Shown here: one piece after another, positions 34,564 through 44,747 of the stretch
Numbering within the stretch: the stretch's first letter is position 1
Layout: every line of letters starts with the position of its first letter
Origin: Schizochytrium sp. TIO01
Taxonomy: Eukaryota; Protista; Bigyra: Labyrinthulomycetes
Assembly: GCA_004764695.1 (NCBI GenBank)
Contig: SMSO01000014.1
Span: forward strand, 4,660,845-4,724,844
Length of the DNA stretch: 64,000 nt
Reading direction: 5' to 3'
Made by a program: the position numbers and the translations under genes
Notes under the pieces: generated by a model
The model's input: the letters and a program-made list of their open reading frames with translations, nothing else
What the model was told of the DNA's origin: nothing
Databases searched by the model: none

Positions 34564-37500
34564 GCGCTTGAGGCAGCTTCGTCGCAATCTCAGCGCTCGA
34601 AAGATGGCGCATTCCAAGAGAACGTCGCCGATTTACTACTGCTACTACCACCATCACAATCAATCAATAAACAATTAATTAAAAAAAGAATCAATGAACA
34701 AATCAATCAATGAATCCATGCATAAATAAATGAATGAATGAATGAATGAATGAATGAATGAATGAATGAATGCATCAATCAACACATCATACGATTGTCG
34801 AGTGATTTCCCAATTCTCGTCCAAGCTATGCTCGAGATTGGCTTGGATTCCTGCACTATCGAAGCATTGCGCAACTAACTTGCCTCGCTCCGTGAGCGAT
34901 TGATTGACTGACTGATCAAAAGCGCGTTGAGAGGCCATCCATTCTTCAGGCTGCCAATTGCAGTCAAAGTGGCCGAGCATCCTTCTATTGTGCTCCGCCG
35001 CAACAGCTGTGAAAGATGAAAACTACCAAAGCAGAGACAGAGATGTCAGAGATAGCACAGCACGGATACGGATGATGGAGGATCGATCAGTTGACGTGGA
35101 GTTAGTTACACGAGAACACGAGAGGCCTGCCTGCCTTTGATCCCTTCCCTTTCCGCAAATGGCGAACTTGAGCAACGAATCAACAGGCGCGACCTTTACA
35201 CCTTCAGCCCCACCTTCAACTGCTTCAACCTCAACTTCATCTTCTTCAAAGTGGCTCCGTGCCAAGCTCTGCGTAACGAACTATCTATCCATGTATCCAA
35301 TTGTCTGTCTTCGAGTCTGTAGATCGATCGCTGTGCATTGTGGTCCTTCTCTCTGAAGAGCGTCAGTAAGTAGATAGATAGATAAGTAAGTAAATGTCCT
35401 GGTTCAGGCCGTGGTCGAGGGGCGCTTATTGTCCATAATGGCGACGGATCGACCGCAGAGGCGGCTTGGAATGAAAGTAAGTAAAGGAATGAATCAATCA
35501 ATCGAAAGATAAATAAATAAACAAGTACGTAAATGCTCAACTTGAAGCAGCGAAGAAGTTGACGAAGGAAAGAACGCAGTCGTCGTTTGCAAGCGACGAT
35601 GATACTATCTTTCATCATCTGCTGTTTGCAGGTAGTAGGGACACCTAGTGCTGCCTGCTAAGAGTGGCAGAAAGGGAAATAAGCAGGAGGAGGAAAATCG
35701 AACTCGCCCGTCGGATCCGGATTTCCCTGCGCCTTTTCCCAATATGGCGCAACTAAGGGGGCATTGTATAGGCGATAGATACTAAGAGTGCGATAGGAGA
35801 TCAACGATGACTTTTTATTAGCACTATTTTTATTTCTTATCGTATCATCTGCTTTGTCTTTCCTAGTAAGTATTTTTTTCTTTTAAAAACAGCGTTTAAA
35901 TTAGTTAAAATGAGTTGCCATTAAATCATTATTATTTTCATAATAAATAAAATGTTTACTTATTTACTTTATTTGCTTTTAATCAATTGATTTTTTTGAT
36001 ATTAAAAAAAAATATATATAGAAAATAATCGAAGGTTTGGGCTCAAGTTGATCAGGGCCAAAGCTGAAGTTCAAAGTCCAAAGTTGCCGCTTCTTCTCAA
36101 GTCAATGCCAACGTGCTCGAGAGCAGACTCAGCTTCGACGCAAACTTAGTCAGGTCCTTCTCAGAAAGAACCCTGCTCTTCTTCACCAACAAGTTTCGCC
36201 CACTCTGAGTCCCGAAAGGAACTATCACTCATTCATTCATTCATTCATTCATTCATTCATTCATTCATTCACTCACCTGTTGTTCCAGAGCAACGAGAGT
36301 GATTGAGTGAGTGAGTGGGATCGAGAAGTGTTGAAAACGCAGCACGCGGAGGCAATTTATGAGTTAGTCAGTCAGTCAGTCAGTCAGTCAGTCAAAAAGA
36401 AGTCAAAAAGAGACACAGAGACGGCACTTTGGAGCCTCCTTTCGAGGCTTGAGCGATCTCGTTTTCGAGGCCTCGGATGCTGCGAAAAAGTAGGCGAAAA
36501 GAGGCAGCAGCCGTCCAGACAGAGCAGAACGAAGGACCCGCCTGAAGACGGCAGTGTAGTGTTGAAGCAGCACAATTGATTATAGCTTTGTAGTCACAAA
36601 CAAACAAACAAACCAACAAACAAACAAACAAACAAACAAACAAACAAACCCTGGTTTACATTACTTATGGAGAGGCAGTTAGTTTGATCGTTCGTTTAAT
36701 TCTTTGTTTGATTGTTTGACTGTTATTTAGATTTTTTTATAATATTTTTTATGTTTGCTGTCTGGCTATTGCCTCCGTTGCTTTCTTTCTTTTCTTTCTT
36801 GTTTTACTTAACCTTTCCCCTCTTTTCTTCTTCGCGAACCAGGACATAGTAACTAGGTACTATTTTCTTCGCCCGCAATTATCCTCTCTAAATGTTTCTA
36901 ACCGACGAAATATACTTTCTTTCTTACGGTAGGTACTTTTTCTTTCCTTTTCTTTTTTTCTGATGAAATAGAACATTCACATATCATATAACTGTTGTTA
37001 ATGGACTCAACAAATCAACAAAGAGGGCCTTTTCTTTTTTCTTGCTTCTTTTGTCTCTTTCTTTCTCCTATCATCCATCGCCCTTTTCCAATTGAGATGA
37101 AAGCTCTAACGCCGCCGTTTCCACCGCTCGCACGCCTTGCTTTACGCGACCTTCTGTGCTTTATGTGCTCTCAGGCCGCAGGAGGAGCCGCTCCTCCCTC
37201 GAGAGCGACCTCTTTCTGCTTTCTCGCACCGCCTTCGCAGCCCTCTGAGTCCGCATAGATAGCAACCCTCGAGGTCAACTTTCAACCCAAGCAGCTTATT
37301 CATCAAAGAAGGAGAAGAAGTCCTAGCGAAGCACCTACCTATCTACCTAGCAAGCAAGCACATTACTTTCACTTTGCGAGAGGAAGGAAATCAGCTTCTT
37401 TCTATGTATATATATATATATATATATCGTGGAGAGATACAGCAAACAGGTGCTACGTAGCACCGAACTAGCACTTGGCTACCACACGGCTTTCGTCTTA

Positions 37501-37638
37501 CGTCATCCTTACGTCAGCTTGCTTGGCACTTTTGTCCCTTGTCTACTGTCAAGATAGTTGCGCTTATTGCGCTTATTGCGCTTATATGCATGCATGCTTG
37601 TCACGCCAGCGCTTAAAACGCAATGGACTCGGAATCGA

Positions 37639-37654
37639 TCAATCACTCAATCAC

Positions 37655-37711
<57 letters not shown>

Positions 37712-37820
37712 GAATGAATCAATGAATCAATCAATCAATCAATGAATCAATCAATGAATGAATGAATGAATCAATCAATGAGTGAATGAATGAATGAATG
37801 AATGAATGAATGAATGAATG
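37639..37820. repeat. (CAAT)n/(GAAT)n compound microsatellite
   Basis: Direct reading. Confidence 0.95.
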
Positions 37821-38810
37821 ACAACCTAGTACCTGCCCAGAAGCCAGGACAGTAAGTAGCAGCATGCCCACCCTACTTACTACCTATTGCGTACAAGGGC
37901 TTGTTTGTTGAGAAAGAAAGGAGGTCGCCGAGCGGAGCCTGGCCTGCTGAAGGCTGGCTTTTCGCCGGAAAAGACAGACACTCTGCCTCCACTCCACTCG
38001 CAGACCTCACGAGCTCAGGAGCTTTACGTTGACGTTGAGCCTGAGCCTGCTTGAGCTTGCTTGGCGAGCACCCATCAACGGTGGGCCCAAAGCTATCAGC
38101 TTATTTGTTTATTTATATTTATTTATTTGTTTATTTTAGAATTGTTTATTTGTTTATTTTAGATTTGTTTATTTAAAATTATTTATTTATATTTATTTTA
38201 AAATTGTTTATTTAAAATTATTTATTTACTATCTGCTTATTTACCCCTTTACTCCAAGTTATTAGAGAGCGACGCTTTCGTCAGCAGAACAGAAGCGATC
38301 TCTTATCTCACTCGCTACGTGCCACATGAAGGAGTGTAGCTTCATCTCAGGTGAAGCTCTCTCTCTCTAAGAAGATGACCTATCTGACTAAGCTTTGCAA
38401 GCTTTAGCTCCTCTATCATCCTGTTCTCCACCGTTTTTGACAACTCGTGAATCACTCTTTTCAATCGAAAAGCAATAGAATAATGATACTTCATCTACAT
38501 TTTTAAAATATGAAAATATATAACAGTGATCTTTTCTAAAATCGGAGATAATTAATTAGCCTCATGATAAGATACCATTTGGGGCGATGAAAAACCCCTT
38601 CGCAGGTTGAAGAACTCGAAGCGAAAGGAGGAATCACGAGGAAGACAGAAGCCTATTTTGGGCCAAAGCGGAGAGGCCGTCTTTACTTTGCACAGTGTCT
38701 GAGCTGTGAGCGTCCGTAACCTGAGAAGTGCTCAACGAGCGAACCCGAAGTGAGGGAGCCAAGAGAGACCGCGAAGAGCCAGGCTTTCCACCTTTCCTTT
38801 AAACTCACTG

Positions 38811-39307
38811 CTTTACTTTACTTTACTTTACTTTACTTTACTTTACTTTACTTTACTTTACTTTACTTTACTTTACTTTACTTTACTTTACTTTACTTTA
38901 CTTTACTTTACTTTACTTTACTTTACTTTACTTTACTTTACTTTACTTTACTTTACTTTACTTTACTTTACTTTACTTTACTTTACTTTACTTTACTTTA
39001 CTTTACTTTACTTTACTTTACTTTACTTTACTTTACTTTACTTTACTTTACTTTACTTTACTTTACTTTACTTTACTTTACTTTACTTTACTTTACTTTA
39101 CTTTACTTTACTTTACTTTACTTTACTTTACTTTACTTTACTTTACTTTACTTTACTTTACTTTACTTTACTTTACTTTACTTTACTTTACTTTACTTTA
39201 CTTTACTTTACTTTACTTTACTTTACTTTACTTTACTTTACTTTTACTTTACTTTACTTTACTTTACTTTACTTTACTTTACATTACTTTACTTTACTTT
39301 ACTTTAC
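38811..39307. repeat. (CTTTA)n pentanucleotide array, about 500 bp
   Basis: 86 perfect units (38811-39240), then a 1-nt insertion and about 13 further units with CATTA-type variants. Confidence 0.98.
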
Positions 39308-42191
39308 ATTTATTTATTGTTAACTCTCAGGCTCTTTTCTCGCTTCTTTTTTAGTCTAACAATTGTTTTTAATTCTTCTACTTCTTCTTTTTTCTTCTTT
39401 TTAAATAAGAAAAAAGACATCAAACTTTTTCCGGCAACTAAAACACTTCTCAGAGTCACACCATTATTGCGATGGTGTTGCTGTTTTTAAAAACTATTTT
39501 TAATTTTAAATAAATAAATAAATACTTTAATTTTATATATACATACATACATCAAAAGATGACATCATAACTATGGGTATTTAAGGGGAGTTGATAGTGC
39601 GATACAGTGAAGGCGGAGCTCCTATCCACAATGCTACCCAAAACAGTAGGGCTCGGCAAAACGAATCCGCGAATTCTCGTACACCGATCTTCCGATCCGC
39701 TAGTCAGACTCATAGGAAGCAGGCAAGTGCAAATTCAGCCGGTCCAGCAAGCGGAGGAGACCCTTTGCGTGAGTACCTCTCATTCCTTCATTCCTTCTCT
39801 CTTTCTCTCTTTCTTTCAGTCTTTCTTTCTTCTTTCTTTCGGTTCTTCCTTTCTCAGTGTATCCGTCTGAAGGTCAATGCCTGTCTGTCATGAATCCGCA
39901 ACAGTGGATCCAAGATTGAAGAAATCGAAGAAGAGGCTTCGAGCTCAGCTTTAGAAGGGTTGGCCGCCTCTGGAGACTTTGTTGAAAGCTCGCGGCGCTC
40001 TTGCTTATTTGCTTGCCTGCTTGCCTGCTTGCTTGCTTGCTACGTCGTGTGAGACTGGGGCTGCGTGCGAGCTCGCTGTTTTCAGCGAGGCCGCTGAAGA
40101 CTGTTGGGCGAAATGCGGAGTTCGAGGGACTCACTCACTCAGCCTCGAAGCGGCATCTGCGATAAGACAGAAACTAAGAAACTAAGAAACGAAGAAACTA
40201 AGAAACAAAAGGACAAAGAAATGAAGAAATGAAGAAGTAAAGACAGAAGAAGCTTTGCCGCAACAGAAGAAGAGACGTCTGCGGAATAACAGGGAAGCGG
40301 AGCAAAGACCCACGGCAACAGGGAACTAACTCTTCGTTAGAGGCTTCGTCGCGGATATCTTTGCAGCAGCTCAGGAGAGAGAAGCAGGGCTTCGGTTGCT
40401 ATAGTTAGAAATTGGGGATAGGAGGAGATGATGAATGATTGAAAGGGCTTGAGGGGAAGAGAACCACCGCTCGTAGGTGCAGAAGATCCTTTTGTTGATT
40501 CTCACGAGCAAGATGAAAAAAGTCGCTTGGAAAGTATTACCACGTGATTATAAAATCATGCACGTGGCCTGGTGATAACTAGTTCAAGTTCAAGCTCAAG
40601 CTCAAGCCCAAGTTTAAGTTAGGAGCAACAGAAGTCTGCGCACTTTGGTGGCCACGAGCAGTGCTCGCCGGGGAAAGTGGCAATGTTTCACGCAAATGAC
40701 CAAGAAAGTATCCTTCCCCGCTTGTTTGATGGTGAAGTAAGTGAGCGACGCATTTTTGTTGGTGCAAGGCGCACCCATTCGGGATGTCATGCTGCTCGCG
40801 ACACGAGCTCGTGCTCACCTTTTATCTACTACCACGGAGGGGAACTACCAGCCAGAGTGGTGCTGCAGGCGAGTCTGAGAGGCATGAACAATGTGGTGTT
40901 TCTGATTTAGTTAACTTTGTTTTACTTTGTTTCAAAGTTGCTTTGTTTTGTTTTGATTAACGTGGAAAACAAACAAAAAGGAAAGAAGACTTTCGGTACA
41001 AGAACAAAGTGGAAACTGGGAGCGCCCATTTCATTGCTCATGTATAATCTATGTACATATTACCCCTAGAGGTACCTATTGCTACAGGAAAGGGAAAAAA
41101 AGAGTTACAGGCCTTCTTACAAAAATGAATCTACGATGATTGCTCAATCAGAATGTGAAATCCAAGAAGAAGAAGGAAACCTTCCAAAGTCAGCCACCCG
41201 TATCTTATCATTTTGTAAGCATTCTCGATTTGCAGGGCAATGCGTTCTAGCTCTCCTCTTTTTCGATACAAGAAAGTATGATATTTCATAATACGAATAT
41301 CTTCTCTTTTAGATTTGTGTTTGGGCAAGCTGACCAGACACAATGAGCTCAGTTCTCGTTCTCTCTGTTAAATTTTTTTTTTAAAAATCCCCTCAGCAAC
41401 AATTTAGATCTTACCTGTAAAGATTACTTTGAAGAACGAACAAATTTGGTCAAACACACTTTTGAAATGACCACCTTTTCTACTACTAAACTTCTAATGA
41501 GTCTCCCAGTGGAATTAAAACCGATTTCTTCTACGAAAACGTAAAACTCCTTTCCTACTATCCTAAAGAGCAAGGTATCCACATAGGTACCTCCTGCCAA
41601 CACCCCCCCATTCGACGATTTGGTCCAGAAATCAAAATACATTTCCAATAACCTAACTCCCAATCTCCAACTTATGTGAAAACATTACAACAACCAAATG
41701 CTTGTTAAGCCTTAATAAATCATCAACAATGATAATTGTAGACTCCTGTGATTATTTTCTGCTCCAGAAAATCGATGCTGTTGATATCTTGATAGCTTGA
41801 TGAAATGGTTGTCCCGATCGCTAGTACCTAGTAGACACCTAGCACTAGCTCCATGAAACTGTCTTTTTAAATTTAATACAAAATATCCAGGTTGTCTGTA
41901 TCAACTAGACTGTTCTATGTACCTCCTACCTACATTGATGGGATTTCTTTGCTCTAGCACCATCCTATTCTACCCTATTGAAAGACAAAGCACACACCTT
42001 TGGTGGATAGTACGTCCAATTGGACTCTACTTGTAATATGAGGGGTTCAGGATTGGCAGCCGATCCTCTGAAACACTAGCGATAGCAAAGGCTTGCAGCA
42101 TTCAAACAGAAGCGACCTGCTGTGAAGACCCTCCTGGAGCCCGTGTAGTTGAATCCCTCCTCTCTCTACCTCTTAGCTCTTATCAGCTACC

Positions 42192-43331
42192 ATGCGTATC
42201 CTCCTGACCGGTGCGTTCGGAAATGTTGGCCGATATGTTGTCTTGGAGATGTGCAAGCAAGGCCATGAGCTGACTTGCTTTGACCTTCAGTCCAAGGCCA
42301 CAGAAAAAATAGCCAAGGACCTTCAAGCTGCTGCTCAAAAGGAGGGCTACCCAGTCTTCAAGGTGATTTGGGGTAATCTGACTGATGAGGCCAACGTAAA
42401 AGCTGTGCTGCAAGAAGTGCAACCCGAAGCAATTGCTCACTTGGCAGCAATCATCCCCCCTGTTTGCTACGAGCGCCCGGAGCTTGCCGAGAAAGTCAAT
42501 GTTGGAGGCGTCTCTATCATCCTAGCTGCAGCTGCCGAACTTGATCATCCGCCGCGCATTGTGTTCTCATCCTCCTACTCAATCTACGGCCCGCACAACC
42601 CGAACAAGGATACTCCTCTGCTCACTCCGGAGGATCCCATCAACCCTCTCGATAACTATGCCATCCACAAAGCCCGAGCAGAAAAGCTCATGCATAATTA
42701 CGCCGGAGAATGGGTCATTCTTCGCTTCGGAGCTATTTACCCTGGTAAGCTCCTCGAGGCCTCCAGCGGACCTCGTACCTTCGAATTTAGTTTCACCCAT
42801 CCACCTAATCAACATCGGCATGGTGCCCACCCCGCAGACGTGGCACTTGCTGTAGCAAATGCATGCTCGTTCGAAAATATCTCCGGTCGCACCTTTCTTA
42901 TTGCTGGTGATGAAAGCTGGCAGAAAAGCCCCAAATTTTTCACAGATTTCATTGGAAGCGCTCTAGGATATGGCACGCTGAACGTGAATGCATTTTATCC
43001 TGGCGATCCAGAGAATGACCAGTGCTGGTACTTTGAATCTTATATGGATACCACCGAGTCGCAAGCCGTCTTGCAGTTTCAAAAACACACTCTGGAGGAC
43101 TACATTGCTGACATTCGGAGTCAAACCCGTTTCATTCGTCCCGTCATGTGGGCTTTTGCCCCTCTCGCACGCTACGGGATGGTGAAGAATAGTCCCTTCC
43201 TTAATCGCCCTACCCCAAAGGCCGACTCCTATATGGATATCCTTCTCAACTTATTTCCCAAAGCTGCAACAGTGTCTTTGGAGGAATCTGCGCCCAAATC
43301 GAGCACCCAAGATACTGAAACTAGCTCGTGA
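42192..43331 (+). CDS. Extended SDR / NAD-dependent epimerase-dehydratase family protein, 379 aa
   Basis: Rossmann motif ILLTGAFGNVG, HLAA, VNVGG, FSSS, catalytic YAIHK (YxxxK) and ILRFG. Confidence 0.92.
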   Translation: MRILLTGAFGNVGRYVVLEMCKQGHELTCFDLQSKATEKIAKDLQAAAQKEGYPVFKVIWGNLTDEANVKAVLQEVQPEAIAHLAAIIPPVCYERPELAEKVNVGGVSIILAAAAELDHPPRIVFSSSYSIYGPHNPNKDTPLLTPEDPINPLDNYAIHKARAEKLMHNYAGEWVILRFGAIYPGKLLEASSGPRTFEFSFTHPPNQHRHGAHPADVALAVANACSFENISGRTFLIAGDESWQKSPKFFTDFIGSALGYGTLNVNAFYPGDPENDQCWYFESYMDTTESQAVLQFQKHTLEDYIADIRSQTRFIRPVMWAFAPLARYGMVKNSPFLNRPTPKADSYMDILLNLFPKAATVSLEESAPKSSTQDTETSS

Positions 43332-44747
43332 AAGAATATCATGTACGTAGAGTGAGCACCTAGGCAGTCAGTGTATGTGTCGAACCTTTAAAACGTTCAA
43401 AAGAACTCAGCCCCATATTGGTCTGAAGGTATTTCCTGTTTTTTGCTCATGTCTTTTCATTTTAAACGACAAGTTCGTTTTTTTGTTTTCTTGGTTTTTG
43501 TTGTTTTTTGTTGTTTTTTGTTGTTTTTCTTTTTAAATGGTTTTTGTTTCATGTGTCTCGAAGAGATCTCACCTTCTTCTTTTTTCTTCTTTTTCATGAT
43601 TTTTTATCATTTAAGAATTTGAACCCCTGGTAGTTTCAAGTAACCCCGGAATCAAATTTTAAATACTTACATTTCTTGTTTTCTTTTCTATTTTCATGTT
43701 ATCATTCTGATATTCTTTTCAAAAGATTACGTCATCAAAGCATTGGTGAAAGCTACCGATGGCGGTTCAAATCTTCCCTTTTATTCATGGATCGTTCACT
43801 TAAGATATTAGTATCTTTTATTAAACCTGCTACCACCATGTCACTGTACTTGATTCTACAATTACTACTATAACTTAGATTCAAAATAGCCGTTTGAAGG
43901 ATTGCCAGCCCATGACTACCGCAATCATTGAAGAATTCCCAAATTTAAACATAGCTAAGTGAAGACAAGCAATCACAGAAGTCACATGCTTCGTTATTCG
44001 TATTGAAGAAGAAACAAAGGCATCCTGTGCAGACCCGTCTACGTCTGTTACGATTCGCCGATTTTTTTTAAGGAATTTTACAGCCACAACGGCATCGCCA
44101 ACCGTGTTCAGGAGATCTTGGCATCACATAAGATTAATGGATCAGACAAGCTCTGAACCCTCACGGCATTTGAGGTCTGATCGTATCCCCTTTTTCCATT
44201 TTGTGAGAACATAACACAACATTTCTCTCTTTTCTTTTCTTTTTTAAAGCTTGGCAGGCGTAAGTCTGGGAGTTGAGAATTTTTTTATTCGCTTTCTTGA
44301 AACAGAAAGCGCTGTCCCTCTTGATCTTTTTTTTTTTTTTTTTAATAACAGAATAGAAATAGAACCTTACTAAAAGCTTTAAACCACTCCGTCTCACAGT
44401 ACAGAGATAATGAGTCTTCGATTAACAACCAAATCATAGTTTTAGCAAAGAACAAAGTGTAAAGGCAGTGCATCTCTATACGAAGTTCTCAGCCCTTTCC
44501 TCTATCTTTATTTATTTATTTCAATCCATGAAGCGAAAAACTTTTACAGTCAAGAAATAGATTTGAACACCCTTCAACGATAGGATATGCCCAAGATTCG
44601 ACAAACTATTGAAAATGAATATGTATGAATTTTACAAACAAGACCCGAGGTGCATGCGAAACCAAGAGTCGCGCCCTTAGGCTACACCAAGAAGGCAAAA
44701 TGACGAATAAGTAAGCGATGCCCCACTTGACATTCCTAAACACCAAC

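Noticed and set aside
24518-35750. Repeated ATGGCG (YY1-like) sites
   Set aside because: The count is near what a 6-mer gives by chance over this length.
38811-39307. Interstitial telomere
   Set aside because: TAAAG lacks the G-run of TTAGG/TTAGGG-type telomeric repeats.
38750-39490. 246-aa ORF of LLYFT repeats
   Set aside because: Translation of the (CTTTA)n array, which has no stop codon on this strand.
41424-41680. Short protein-like frames upstream of the SDR (similar ones at 43880-44160 and 62460-62710)
   Set aside because: Too short and interrupted, with no identifiable family.
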